Shown: positions 30,175-40,893, counted from the stretch's first letter. The stretch is 64,000 bases of DNA from an uncultured archaeon (GCA_938083505.1 CALKCF010000001.1:32001-96000), one strand, 5' to 3'. Program-made: numbers and translations. The notes: generated from the sequence alone by a model not told the origin.

Positions 30175-31503
30175 TTACTCCTCCACTTCTAGTACTGAAA
30201 GGGTAATATTTATTGGTGTGGTTCCTAGAGTATCAGCTATATTAGGCACAGTCCTCCCACCATCCCCGTTTATCACCTCTTTTATGTAAAGACCTCCTTG
30301 TGCCTTTATCTTGAACTCTACGAGCTTATCTCCTTTCTTTTCAGCCTCTATGAAATAGAGGTATTTTTTCCTAACTTTTTCGCCTCTACGGAAAATTCTG
30401 CTCGGCGTCCTCTGATGTATCAATAAGTTTCTGAATTTCTCGCAGAGTTCTTTTAGCCTTTCCTCATCTACACTCGACTCGAACTCAACAAGCGCAATGT
30501 AAGTTTTTGATGTAATTGCTGATTTTGCTTTCATATCCCTCACATCTTTTTTTGTTGCATAAGATAAAGATAAGACTTCGACCTTACCCTTTGCACACTC
30601 ATTTATAGCATCTTGTAGTTGGTTGAGTTGAACAAATCTCTTCCTTGGTGATTTTAACTCGAGGATAAATGGTCTTCCATTTCCAAGAACTGTTACATCC
30701 ACATCTTCTCTTCCTGCTGCATGAAATTTATAGTCTAGGGCTTCAAAGAAGCCCAGCGCCGGATTTCCTATAAGTTCGCTGATGGAATCCGAATATTCCC
30801 TTCCAGTATGGCCGCAAGCATCACACCCCTTACCTCGACACTTCCTGCATATCCATGGTGCCTGAGGTATGTTAGGTTGTAACTTTTTATAATAACCCTT
30901 GATAAACACAGGATTTGACTTAATAGTAAATGTACCTGAAAAAATGTCCACAATTATAGTTACATCTGGTGTGGCAAATTCAACGGGCTTTTTCATAATT
31001 CCTTCAATAATTTTCCCTATTTCTCTCGTTATGTCGCTCTTGATTTCTTCACCAAAGGTTAAGGCGAACTCGGCCTTTATTTGGTCATCTTTTTCTTTTA
31101 TATGAGCTGGGATGGTTGCGCCTATTAAAAAGTTCGAAAATTCATATTCTTTCAGCTCTTCCACTATCTTTTCAGCCATACGACGAAAATTCTCATCAGT
31201 CAATTTGCCTTCGCAAATATAGCATGTTTTAATTTCGTTAATCTGATAATTGAGCAATTTGGCAAACTTTATCACGTATCTGTTCATGCCATTTTCAGCA
31301 ACCGTTTTCAAAATATTTGCTGCATCCATATTGTTCATTAATAACTTTAGGTTTGCCTCCATCGCTAACACGACTTTAAGATTCTCACCCCTTGCCTTAT
31401 TGCCCACGCCGGATAGTAGCCTCGCAAATTGTCTTCCGAGGCAGTAATCACAAAGTGCATACTTCTGCAACATCCTATAAGCTAAGTCAAGTATCCCCTC
31501 CAT
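30175..31503 (-). CDS. pus10: tRNA pseudouridine(54/55) synthase Pus10
   Basis: CDYCLGRQF, CYIC, FHAAGREDVD, GRPF, QRTP, GGLYIKE. Confidence 0.95.
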   Translation of the reverse strand: MEGILDLAYRMLQKYALCDYCLGRQFARLLSGVGNKARGENLKVVLAMEANLKLLMNNMDAANILKTVAENGMNRYVIKFAKLLNYQINEIKTCYICEGKLTDENFRRMAEKIVEELKEYEFSNFLIGATIPAHIKEKDDQIKAEFALTFGEEIKSDITREIGKIIEGIMKKPVEFATPDVTIIVDIFSGTFTIKSNPVFIKGYYKKLQPNIPQAPWICRKCRGKGCDACGHTGREYSDSISELIGNPALGFFEALDYKFHAAGREDVDVTVLGNGRPFILELKSPRKRFVQLNQLQDAINECAKGKVEVLSLSYATKKDVRDMKAKSAITSKTYIALVEFESSVDEERLKELCEKFRNLLIHQRTPSRIFRRGEKVRKKYLYFIEAEKKGDKLVEFKIKAQGGLYIKEVINGDGGRTVPNIADTLGTTPINITLSVLEVEE

Positions 31504-31527
31504 TTGTGTTCACCAACTTTGCTCATT

Positions 31528-32874
31528 TCATTCTCCTAATTCTGCACTAAACATACGCTTTGGTAACTTCAAAGGAGACCTTTTTATAGATTTTATCATC
31601 CTTTTTAATAAATTATATTGTTGGAGGAGGTGTTTAACATCCTTCTCGGTCACACCCGATCCTCTAGCTATACGTCTTATCCTCGAGGAGTCTATAATGT
31701 GAGGGTTCTTCCTTTCCTCAGGCGTCATAGAAAGTAAAATCGCCGACCATTTTTCGATCTGCGTCTCAACCTTTTCGAATTCCTCGTCAGGTATATTGGG
31801 AAGTCCAGGTAAAGGTAACTTCGATATTATTTTCTTCAAAGGTCCTAATTTTTTCATTTCTTTAAACTGTTTTATAAAATCTTCTAAGGTAAACTTCCCG
31901 CTTGTAAAACTCTTGAGCCTCTCCTTGTTAAACTCCAACTCGGCAATCTTTACTCTTTCTAGTAAACCCTTTATGTCGCCTATACCTAAGAGCCTACCGA
32001 TGAAGCCTTGTGGGTTAAACACTTCTATATCTTCGAGTTTCTCACCAGTTCCGATAAATTTTATCTGTGCTCCAGTGGCCGCCACGGCCGATAGTGCACC
32101 ACCACCTTTCGCAGAGGTATCCATCTTAGTGATTATTATAGAACCTATTGGTGTTGCTTTGTGAAATGCCTCAGCATGTGCACCAGCCTGTTGACCTATC
32201 GTTCCATCCAACACCAACATTATTTCGTTAGGTTTAATGTTTTCCTCTAACATCTTCATCTCTTGCATTAGCGATTGTTGATCTTTGTGTCTACCAGCCG
32301 TATCTATAATTATAACGTTGCATTTTTGTTTGGATAGACATTCAACACCCTTTGTGGCTATAGTAATAGCATCACGCTCTTCAGGTAGGCCGTAGACAGG
32401 TATGTCTTTCCCATCAAGGAGTTGTCTTAACTGTTCATATGCTCCAGTTCTGAATGTGTCAGCGCAGACTACACCTACCGAGTAACCCAATTTCTTGAGA
32501 TAATTTGCCAGCTTTGCAACTGTAGTTGTTTTTCCGTGTCCTTGTATGCCAACAACCATGATTACGTATTGTTTAGATTTATCTATGGTAATCTTATAGG
32601 GCTTCTCACCTATCAGCGATATAAGTTCCTCGTACACTATTTTTATAATTTGATCTTTCTTGGAAATACCTGGTGGAACTTTCTCTGTCAATGTCCTATT
32701 CCTTATCTTCTCCGAGAGTTTCATCACGAGCTCAACATTTACGTCCGAGACCAGGAGAGCTCTTTGTATGCCTCTTATGAGTTCCTCGACGACATTTTTA
32801 TCTACACCTGTTGCAGACATGAATTTGCTTATGGCCTGTTTTATGAGTTCACCGAGCGAAGTTATCGGGTTCAA
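31528..32874 (-). CDS. srp54: Signal recognition particle protein SRP54
   Basis: GKTTT, DTAGRH, TKMD.SAKGGG, FIGTGE, SMT..ER, SRIRRIARGSG. Confidence 0.97.
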   Translation of the reverse strand: MNPITSLGELIKQAISKFMSATGVDKNVVEELIRGIQRALLVSDVNVELVMKLSEKIRNRTLTEKVPPGISKKDQIIKIVYEELISLIGEKPYKITIDKSKQYVIMVVGIQGHGKTTTVAKLANYLKKLGYSVGVVCADTFRTGAYEQLRQLLDGKDIPVYGLPEERDAITIATKGVECLSKQKCNVIIIDTAGRHKDQQSLMQEMKMLEENIKPNEIMLVLDGTIGQQAGAHAEAFHKATPIGSIIITKMDTSAKGGGALSAVAATGAQIKFIGTGEKLEDIEVFNPQGFIGRLLGIGDIKGLLERVKIAELEFNKERLKSFTSGKFTLEDFIKQFKEMKKLGPLKKIISKLPLPGLPNIPDEEFEKVETQIEKWSAILLSMTPEERKNPHIIDSSRIRRIARGSGVTEKDVKHLLQQYNLLKRMIKSIKRSPLKLPKRMFSAELGE

Positions 32875-32961
32875 GGCTTAAGTAATACTCTGAAATCTAA
32901 TAATAAAGGTTGCTCAAGAAGTATTTATCCTCAACGAGTGCATAAGGGGGTGGTGCCGCAT

Positions 32962-33939
32962 TTGAACAGCAAAAGAACAGCCCTAATAGAGGGTAGTTAT
33001 GTCGAGGTAGGAGTCGGTGTGATATTTGCAGTAAAGGGTGTATCACATCCACCTAAAGGAGTTATAGCGGTTCCAAAGTATATAAAAACAGAAGGTTCGG
33101 TCGTCAAATTGAACAGTTTCAATTCCTCGGTGTATTTTCTCAGGAGACATTTTCGTGAGTTTTTAATACATGACGAGTACTTAGGCCAAGAGATACCGTT
33201 TGTACCTTTAGAGGAAGTTAAGCGAGTTTACGACCCGATCGATGGAAAGAATTATTTGAGAAAAGATGCGATATCGAGCATTGCCCTTAAAATGGTGGAG
33301 CTAATTGTTGAGAACTCCGGAATAGAGAGCGACTTCGTTGGCATATCAGGTTCTATCCTTTTAGGTCTTTATAACGAATTCTCTGACATTGACATTGTAG
33401 TTTATGGTATAAAAAATTGTTTGAAAGTTTATGACGCCCTAAAACTTATGCGTGAAAATAATATAACTGAACATCTTTCTGAAGGTTTCTTAAAAAAAAT
33501 CTTGGAATCTAGATCTGACACGCTCATGGAACCTATCGTGTGGATGATGCATGAAAAAAGAAAACTTACAAACGGAGTATTCATGGGAAGACCATATACA
33601 CTAAAACTCACTCCTCTTCCAGAAGAATTTTGGGACAAATACGGAGAGCGCCGTTTTAAGGAAATCGGTAGGGCCATCATACGCTTCCAAGTAAGTGATG
33701 CTTCAAAGAGCATCTTCACACCTTGTCGTTATGAGATCAAGGTGATTAGTATAATCAATGGACCGGAGATTTCGTCGAAGGTATCTTCGATCGTTTCATT
33801 CAGAAGTAGATTTGCCGAACAGCTTCGCGAAGGTGAAGTTGGTATAGCTTCAGGAAGGCTTGAATTATCAAACGATGAGAGGTTAAGATTATTTATCGGA
33901 AATGATCCACATGACCTTTTAATGGTCGATTCGTCTTGA
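32962..33939 (+). CDS. Predicted nucleotidyltransferase (COG1665-like), paralog 1
   Basis: GISGSILLG...SDIDIVVYG pol-beta motif and OB-like C-terminus. Start taken as TTG 32962 after GGGGTGGT; the longer ORF overlaps srp54 antisense. Confidence 0.8.
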   Translation: MNSKRTALIEGSYVEVGVGVIFAVKGVSHPPKGVIAVPKYIKTEGSVVKLNSFNSSVYFLRRHFREFLIHDEYLGQEIPFVPLEEVKRVYDPIDGKNYLRKDAISSIALKMVELIVENSGIESDFVGISGSILLGLYNEFSDIDIVVYGIKNCLKVYDALKLMRENNITEHLSEGFLKKILESRSDTLMEPIVWMMHEKRKLTNGVFMGRPYTLKLTPLPEEFWDKYGERRFKEIGRAIIRFQVSDASKSIFTPCRYEIKVISIINGPEISSKVSSIVSFRSRFAEQLREGEVGIASGRLELSNDERLRLFIGNDPHDLLMVDSS

Positions 33940-34979
33940 GAAGGTTTAGAGACAAAGATTATGTTGAGACATATGAAGAGCGGTTCTTCTGTGTAGTAGG
34001 TGAAAACCATCCTCATGATAGACTTATTGCATATTTGAAGTACTTGCCGGGCGATGGTGCATGGTCACGGCGAGGAAAAAGTTTCACGAGAGTCATACGT
34101 AGTTATTCGATGCAAGAGTTAGTTGATACGATAAATTTTCTTAAGAAAAATAAACCTGAGTATGTTTTTTACGACGAAACGATAGCTACTGAGATGTCTT
34201 GTGTTCCACTTAACAAAGTGTTAAAATACTATAGATGCGACAAGAGATTACGTGAGATATTAAAGGATGATAGGTTAGATGAACTTGAGAGCAAAGCTAA
34301 GGAATTGGTGGAATCAATAGTAAAAGTTTCTGGTATAGACGTTAAAAACATGGGAATCACCGGCTCAATACTTTTAAAAATACATCATCTGAATTCGGAC
34401 ATAGATCTTGTTGTATATGGAAAAAACAACTTTTGGAAAGTGTTACACAACTTATACTTGATTAATGATATTAAACCCCTCGACGAGTTAAGATTAAACG
34501 AGTGGATTAAGAGGATAAGTGCAAAATATCCTATTTCTATAGATATAATATCGAAGCTGGTAAAGTTGGTAAGGAACAAATACATTTACAAAGGCACACC
34601 TTTCTCGATTCATGGTGTCAGATTAGATGAAGAAGTGACAAGAAGTTATGGTGAAGTTATTTACCGTAAATTAGGTCTTGCTAAAATAAGGGCAGTAATT
34701 TCTGACGCATCAGAATCTTGTTTCACACCGGCTATTTATAGACTATCTAACGTGGAGACAGAACAAGAATACGCTAAAGATGTAGAAATACTGGCATGTT
34801 TTGATGGAACATTCACAGCGATGTTTGATGAGGGTACATATATAGAGGCTTTCGGAAAGGTCGAGCGCGTTATGGAGCTAAAAAGTGGGCGCGTATTTAA
34901 ATGGTTGCTAATCGGTACGTTTGAAGGTATGGACAAAGAGTATATTATTCCGATTAAAGAAGCACCTTTACCTCATTAA
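33936..34979 (+). CDS. Predicted nucleotidyltransferase (COG1665-like), paralog 2
   Basis: RDKDYV, HP, YLKY, GITGSILL...SDIDLVVYG, FTPAIY, GKVE. Confidence 0.82.
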   Translation: MRRFRDKDYVETYEERFFCVVGENHPHDRLIAYLKYLPGDGAWSRRGKSFTRVIRSYSMQELVDTINFLKKNKPEYVFYDETIATEMSCVPLNKVLKYYRCDKRLREILKDDRLDELESKAKELVESIVKVSGIDVKNMGITGSILLKIHHLNSDIDLVVYGKNNFWKVLHNLYLINDIKPLDELRLNEWIKRISAKYPISIDIISKLVKLVRNKYIYKGTPFSIHGVRLDEEVTRSYGEVIYRKLGLAKIRAVISDASESCFTPAIYRLSNVETEQEYAKDVEILACFDGTFTAMFDEGTYIEAFGKVERVMELKSGRVFKWLLIGTFEGMDKEYIIPIKEAPLPH

Positions 34980-36603
34980 GTACCCTATTCTGTATCCACA
35001 GTGGTGTCCAAGGCATTAGTAGCAAGGCATACTTACCCTCAGCGGCACTCTTCAGAACATCTTTGCTTCCAACAGATAGGTATCCAGATAAAAGATAGCG
35101 CGCATACTCTACCGATTTATTTACATCAAGATAGTGCCCTATGTAAAGCAAAACCTCTGTCAAGTCCCATACCTTATCACCATTAAATGAGGCCTGTTCT
35201 AAGTCTACTATGTAAACTTTGTCTCCTGATATTATGAAGTTTTCAGGTTTACAATCACCCAACGTGATGTCATGTTGATGAATTTTTGCTAATTCTCTCC
35301 CAACCATAAACGCAGCTCTATTTAACACGTTTTGTTCACTTCCCGACATCCACATTTGCATAAGATCCTGCCCTTCAATGAATTTCTGGAACAACATCTT
35401 CTTCTTCCAATTTATATGATATATATCGGCTGTATTGAAACCAAGTTCCGCAAGCTTATTAACAAAGTAAATCTCATTAGAAAGCCTGACATCAGCTATG
35501 ACCGAGAAGTTCTTCATACCAATAGTCCAGACCCTAGCCGCTACCCACTTCAGGTCCGTCCAGTTAATATATTTCTTAACAAAAACCCTCTCTTCTGAAT
35601 CTTTTGTTCGGATTATGATGACATAAGTCGAGTTAAGCATCCGACCTATCTTCTTTATAAGTATCTGACTTCTGTTCACATTATAAACTCGTTCAACGAA
35701 GTCCATGATGTCGAATCGTTCTTTTAACGGTTGTTTCCCTATGGCAGTTTTTATGAACACGTATTCCTCCGGATCAGGAAGGTCGTTTTCAGTTTTGTAA
35801 AATAGTGACCTCCTGATTTTTGAGTATAATTCCTCTGCTATGATGCGTGGATTAAAGCGTCCTGCATAACCATGCACGAGATACATTTTAAACATCTTTT
35901 CGAAATCATAAACTTTTTTAGCAAACTTATTCGCTTGGTTTAAAGTTGAAAGTATGAACTTGTTAGAAAGGCGATAATACTCACCATCCTTGAGTAGAAA
36001 ACCCTCAGATTCTAAATCAGCTAAGGCTAAGTAAAATCCTTTCATACAAATTTCTGTATTAACCTTCTTATAAGGTGCAGAAAATATCTTCGAATAACTA
36101 TAACGCGCCGGCGGATACATCAGAGCCCTTCTCCTTAACTTCTCGAAGAGAAAGTATTCAGGCTGCATCAAAAGCTCGTTTGCAGCCATTCTGTGCTCCA
36201 GTATTAGATTCTCACATAATTCCAACACAACATTTTTCTTGTAAGTCTTGTCAAATTCTTTCAAAAGTGTGACACCTATAATAGGATAAAACGGTGTTAG
36301 AAGTCTTCCTGCCACAAATTCTCCAAAAGAGCCGTTTCTCACATCATCCCTCATGATATTTTCATCAACCGCTAAAATGGCAACTGTAGGTTCAAAATTT
36401 CTTAGATAGTAGTATTTTATACCCTCCTTGAATTTTTTCACGATACATAACACATCCAAATCGCTACTCTTCAAAGAGTAGCCAGAAAGTTGAGAGCCGT
36501 AAATGCAAAGGCACGATATGTCATCTTCCTTAAAGATACTTTTCGAGGCTTCAAGTGCTATTTGAGCTAACATATTAAGCCTATCCTCTGGAATTGCATA
36601 CAT
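34954..36603 (-). CDS. Nucleotidyltransferase / kinase-like fusion protein
   Basis: N-terminal YGS...SDLDV and AGRLLTP; C-terminal FVKKY, LGDCKPENF, VDLEQA (protein-kinase-like fold, Bud32/Kdo type). Confidence 0.8.
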   Translation of the reverse strand: MYAIPEDRLNMLAQIALEASKSIFKEDDISCLCIYGSQLSGYSLKSSDLDVLCIVKKFKEGIKYYYLRNFEPTVAILAVDENIMRDDVRNGSFGEFVAGRLLTPFYPIIGVTLLKEFDKTYKKNVVLELCENLILEHRMAANELLMQPEYFLFEKLRRRALMYPPARYSYSKIFSAPYKKVNTEICMKGFYLALADLESEGFLLKDGEYYRLSNKFILSTLNQANKFAKKVYDFEKMFKMYLVHGYAGRFNPRIIAEELYSKIRRSLFYKTENDLPDPEEYVFIKTAIGKQPLKERFDIMDFVERVYNVNRSQILIKKIGRMLNSTYVIIIRTKDSEERVFVKKYINWTDLKWVAARVWTIGMKNFSVIADVRLSNEIYFVNKLAELGFNTADIYHINWKKKMLFQKFIEGQDLMQMWMSGSEQNVLNRAAFMVGRELAKIHQHDITLGDCKPENFIISGDKVYIVDLEQASFNGDKVWDLTEVLLYIGHYLDVNKSVEYARYLLSGYLSVGSKDVLKSAAEGKYALLLMPWTPLWIQNRVLNEVKVLL

Positions 36604-36668
36604 TTCTCTTATAGAGTAATCAGGCTCAAGGTTTAAACTTTTATTCTCGCTTAGTATAACAAGGGCTT

Positions 36669-38012
36669 ATGCTAACAATCTCGGAGGCTAAAGAACTTCC
36701 TAGAAAGCTGGTCAAGAAAATTTTAAAGCTAGGTGCATCTGATGCAACAGTAAGGTTAAGCGTATCAAATTCAACGATGATAAGGTTTTCAAACAATAAT
36801 GTCACAATTTCGAACTCTTTTAAGATTGCCGTATTGGAAATATACATAGCATTTAAAGAGAGGAGAGTTACAGGTACAATAACTGACCTCTCACAAGCTT
36901 CAATTGAACAAACGATTGAACGATTGATGTCTACTGCTAAGACCGTTCAACCTTCTGACGTTTATGCACCGCTTCCAAAAGGTCCATTTAAGTATGATAG
37001 ATATCTCCTGAAAGTTGGCAACATTAGTATGGAGCCGGACATACTTGTCGATTACGTGAATGCGGCCGTAAATTCTGCAATCTCCATGGGTGCTAAAAGA
37101 GTCGCTGGTTTTCTTAGGTTTATGAAGAGTGAAACTGTGCTTTGCACTAGCGGCAACGTAGAAGCATCATCCAAAAAGAATGCTGCTGCACTTTATGTGA
37201 GAGCATTCGCGGCGGACGATGCTACAGGGCAATTCGCCACAGCTACAGCTGACAGTTCGGAATTTAGGCCAGAAAAAGTTGGCTCCATTGCCGGTGAGAT
37301 AGCAAAGATTGCCTTAAATCCAGTTGAAGGTGAGCCAGGTAGATATGACGCGATTCTGGGACCAATGGCGTTTGCCCATATCATTGATGAATTCGGCTCA
37401 GCTACATCTGCTTTTAACGTTGACATCGGTGCGTCCTTCTTAGTCGATATGTTAGGGAAACAGGTTGCTTCACAAAAATTCACGTTAATTGATGATCCTA
37501 CATTGTATAACACTTACGGTGCGGAGCCTTTTGATGACGAAGGACTACCGACTAGGAGGAACATAATTGTGGAGAACGGTATCTTGAAAACTTATCTTCA
37601 TAATAGTACAACGGCGAAAAGGCACGGTACAACGAGTACCGCAAATGCTGGGATAATAGTTCCTACACCGTTTAACCTAATAATTGAGGCTGGCGATAGA
37701 AGTTTCGAGAAGTTGCTTTCTGAGGTTGATAGAGGCATATATGTAACAAACGATTGGTACCTAAGATATTCAAACTACAGAGAGGGTGATTTCTCTACTG
37801 TACCGAGGGATGGGCTCTTCATGATAAAGAACGGTAGTATAGAAAAACCCCTCAAGGGTCTCAGACTCGTCGGCAACATGATAAAGCTCTTAAGCTCTAT
37901 AATAGCGTTAAGTATGGAGAGGCACTGGATAGAGTGGTGGGAAGTAGAAACACCCGTCTACGCTCCTTGGGCGTTAATCGCCGACGTTGAATTTACAAAA
38001 AGTATGCTTTGA
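36669..38012 (+). CDS. TldD/PmbA family protein (PmbA-like)
   Basis: RFSNN, EPGRY, PFDDEGLPT, GILKTYLHN, GDFS. Confidence 0.9.
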   Translation: MLTISEAKELPRKLVKKILKLGASDATVRLSVSNSTMIRFSNNNVTISNSFKIAVLEIYIAFKERRVTGTITDLSQASIEQTIERLMSTAKTVQPSDVYAPLPKGPFKYDRYLLKVGNISMEPDILVDYVNAAVNSAISMGAKRVAGFLRFMKSETVLCTSGNVEASSKKNAAALYVRAFAADDATGQFATATADSSEFRPEKVGSIAGEIAKIALNPVEGEPGRYDAILGPMAFAHIIDEFGSATSAFNVDIGASFLVDMLGKQVASQKFTLIDDPTLYNTYGAEPFDDEGLPTRRNIIVENGILKTYLHNSTTAKRHGTTSTANAGIIVPTPFNLIIEAGDRSFEKLLSEVDRGIYVTNDWYLRYSNYREGDFSTVPRDGLFMIKNGSIEKPLKGLRLVGNMIKLLSSIIALSMERHWIEWWEVETPVYAPWALIADVEFTKSML

Positions 38013-38020
38013 ATATTCTG

Positions 38021-38503
38021 CTATAATTTATACCCTATCTTCCTTAGAAATTCCTTCCTCTTCTTTATGTCCTCTTCTCCTTCTATTCCCTTTGATTTGT
38101 AACCGTCGATTACGCCCATTATACCTCTGCCCTGTTCTGACTCAACCACAATGATCTGGAGCGGATTTGCTGTAGCTGCTAGGATTGTGCAAACTTCAGG
38201 TACTTCTTTTAATCTGTTCAACACATTTATGGGATACATATCCTTTATGAACAACAAAAACGTATGACCACATCCAATCTTGAGCAATGTTTCGGCGGCG
38301 AGCTTCCTTAGTTCTTCATCCGTGCCTTCATGTCTAATGAGGCACGGACCGCTGGCTTCAGCGAACGCTAAGCCAAACTTCGCTCCTGGTACAGAGTTCA
38401 TTATAGCTTCATAAATGTCCTCTACACTCTTTATGAAGTGTGTTATGCCGAATATAACGTTACAACCTTCAGGCACTTTTATGTCTATTATTTCCAACTT
38501 CAA
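38021..38503 (-). CDS. Adenosine-specific kinase family (DUF355)
   Basis: HFIKSVEDIYE, FAEASG, GCGHTF, YPINVLN, ATANP, GVIDG; TTG start at 38503 after AGGTG. Confidence 0.88.
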   Translation of the reverse strand: MKLEIIDIKVPEGCNVIFGITHFIKSVEDIYEAIMNSVPGAKFGLAFAEASGPCLIRHEGTDEELRKLAAETLLKIGCGHTFLLFIKDMYPINVLNRLKEVPEVCTILAATANPLQIIVVESEQGRGIMGVIDGYKSKGIEGEEDIKKRKEFLRKIGYKL

Positions 38504-38625
38504 CCTATATACACCTAAGACACTCAAAATTTTATGGTGTGATAAAAACATTACATTTTCAACCACGACACATACGTTCGAACAACATCACATTTATTAT
38601 CGTCCAAGTTTTTAATTTATTATGA

Positions 38626-39774
38626 ATGGTACCTGTCAAGACAGGCGTTGCCGAACTACCGTTGCACTCCGGTCATGTGCCAAGCTGGCTTATAGAGAAG
38701 ATGAAAAAGCTTGCAGACGCCATAGTTAAAGTTATCGTTGAAAGCTACAATACGGAAGAGTTTCTCAAAAGAGTATCGGATCCTTTCTGGTTCCAGTCAT
38801 TCGGCTGTGTTCTTGGTTTCGATTGGCACTCAAGTGGTTTGACGACGGTAGTGACTGGGGTTCTTAGGGAGAGTCTGAGTCTCGATAAACATGGTGTTAT
38901 GGTTGCTGGCGGAAAGGGTCTGAAAAGTAAAAAGGTACCTGACGATTTAAAATCAGCACTTCTCATGTATAGGTTTGATGAGGGCATGATAGAGCGTTTG
39001 TTACGTGCAAGCAGACTGTCCGCAAAAGTTGACAACACACTCGTCCAAGATGGTTATGAGCTATATCATCACGCTATATTCGTGAATGAAAAAGGAAAGT
39101 GGGCTGTAGTCCAGCAAGGCATGAATATTTCAGATGAGTATGCAAGAAGGTATCATTGGCTTGGTGAGTCGGTGAAGAGCTTCGTTATTGAACCACATTA
39201 CTCCATAATCAGCGATAACGTGTCCTCTGTGGTTCTCAATATGACTTCACGAAAATGTGAGAATGTCAGGAAAGTTTCTATAGACCTTGTATGCGAATCA
39301 CCATCGAAGTTGATACGTATTTTTAACACCCTCAACAAACAGGAAAGTTTGACTAAATGGTTAGATGAAGAAACCGGTAAACCGATGATAGAAAAGATTC
39401 CAGCGTATCTTCGTATGCCTAAGAAGGTGAACTGGGATTTGTTGCGAAAAGTATACGAGCTCAAACCAAGAAATTATGAAGAGTTGGTCGAGATAAGAGG
39501 TGTTGGACCATCAACTGTTAGGGCACTTGCCCTTATCGCTACGCTAATATTCGGCGCAGAAATCGACTGGAAGGACCCCGTAAAGTATAGCTTTGCCGTG
39601 GGTGGGAAAGACGGCGTGCCGTATCCTGTATCAAGAAGGACCATAGGCAAGGCGACGAGATTCTTAAGAGAAATGATAGACGCGGCTGATTTGGAAAGAG
39701 AGGCAAAAAAAGAAGCTCTTAGAAGGTTAGCACATGCCGAGCGAATGAAGGTGTTAGAATTCACGAGTGATTAG
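38626..39774 (+). CDS. DUF763 domain protein
   Basis: LPLHSG, DPFWFQ, DWHSSG, AKVD, QQGM, ARRYHW, GVGP, GGKDG. Confidence 0.92.
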   Translation: MVPVKTGVAELPLHSGHVPSWLIEKMKKLADAIVKVIVESYNTEEFLKRVSDPFWFQSFGCVLGFDWHSSGLTTVVTGVLRESLSLDKHGVMVAGGKGLKSKKVPDDLKSALLMYRFDEGMIERLLRASRLSAKVDNTLVQDGYELYHHAIFVNEKGKWAVVQQGMNISDEYARRYHWLGESVKSFVIEPHYSIISDNVSSVVLNMTSRKCENVRKVSIDLVCESPSKLIRIFNTLNKQESLTKWLDEETGKPMIEKIPAYLRMPKKVNWDLLRKVYELKPRNYEELVEIRGVGPSTVRALALIATLIFGAEIDWKDPVKYSFAVGGKDGVPYPVSRRTIGKATRFLREMIDAADLEREAKKEALRRLAHAERMKVLEFTSD

Positions 39775-40827
39775 AAAGTCTGCTAGGGCTTTGAGTTTTT
39801 TCTTTGCAGGCGTATCCGGTAAGAGTTTGTCTAGAGCCTTCCAAGATTCGCTAACCAGCTCTCTAGCGACTTTGCTTGCATACTCTACCGCACCGCTCTT
39901 CTTTATTAGAGTGATTGCCTCTTCTATTAGGCTAGGTTCGTTCGTGTGTAACGAAAGGATTTTCTTGAGCCTGTTTGCCTCCTCTTTTGACAGATGCTTT
40001 AGTGCATAAATCACCATCAAAGTCCTCTTACCTTCCTTTATGTCACCTCCTATCTCCTTACCGTACTTCGTCATATCGCCTACAATGTTTAATATGTCAT
40101 CCTGTATCTGGAAAGCTATGCTAAGAGACTCTGCAAACTCTTTTAAGCTCTCTAAAAGTTTGTGATCTGCGCCTGCCATTATACCAGCTATCCCGACCGC
40201 CATACGTGACAACGAGCCTGTTTTAAAAGAACACATTTGCATATAGTGTTCTTCGGTAATTTCTTCAACAAGTCCTTTATGCCAAGCTATATCCATAGCC
40301 TGGCCTAGACTTAGCCTGAGCATTTCTTCCACATAACATCGCATGATCGCGAGCATCTTATCAGAATCTATTTTTTTATTGTTCAACAAAGCTAAGAGCG
40401 GGAGATAATACATCGTGTTGCCAACGTTGACCGCTACATCAACACCGTAGATTTTATGAATGCACTCTTTGCCACGTCTAAAATCTCCGTTATCTTCCAC
40501 ATCGTCAACTATTAGCGTACCGTTATGTATGATTTCAGGTATTATGGTTATGTCCAATATATCCTCGGCCCTACCACCCAACGCTTCGTACGTTATTAAA
40601 AGCAAGGCTGGTCTCCACCTCTTTCCACCTCTATCTATTAAGTCCCAAAACGGTTCAGATATTGCCTTAGTTAACGACTTAGGTTCGTATGAAAACCTCG
40701 ACTTACCAAATAATCTGATAGCCTCTTCTTGTGTAAACTTTCTTGGCACATAATGTTCCATAACCTTTTCGACAAGCTGGGAATATTCCTTCAGTATATT
40801 CAACACTTGCCGTTCTATTTCCATCAT
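39754..40827 (-). CDS. Polyprenyl (geranylgeranyl) diphosphate synthase
   Basis: GGKRWRP, DDVED, RRG, GQ..D, KT, FQIQDD, DIKEGK. Confidence 0.93.
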   Translation of the reverse strand: MMEIERQVLNILKEYSQLVEKVMEHYVPRKFTQEEAIRLFGKSRFSYEPKSLTKAISEPFWDLIDRGGKRWRPALLLITYEALGGRAEDILDITIIPEIIHNGTLIVDDVEDNGDFRRGKECIHKIYGVDVAVNVGNTMYYLPLLALLNNKKIDSDKMLAIMRCYVEEMLRLSLGQAMDIAWHKGLVEEITEEHYMQMCSFKTGSLSRMAVGIAGIMAGADHKLLESLKEFAESLSIAFQIQDDILNIVGDMTKYGKEIGGDIKEGKRTLMVIYALKHLSKEEANRLKKILSLHTNEPSLIEEAITLIKKSGAVEYASKVARELVSESWKALDKLLPDTPAKKKLKALADFLITREF

Positions 40828-40893
40828 GTTTTCAAGTACGCTTTTCTACATTAATGATATAAAAAGCTTAGGATTTTTTACAAATCAGTATAG

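Noticed and set aside
32536-32961. Long N-terminal extension of the first nucleotidyltransferase ORF
   Set aside because: Overlaps srp54 antisense by more than 300 nt; an SD-supported start exists near 32953-32962
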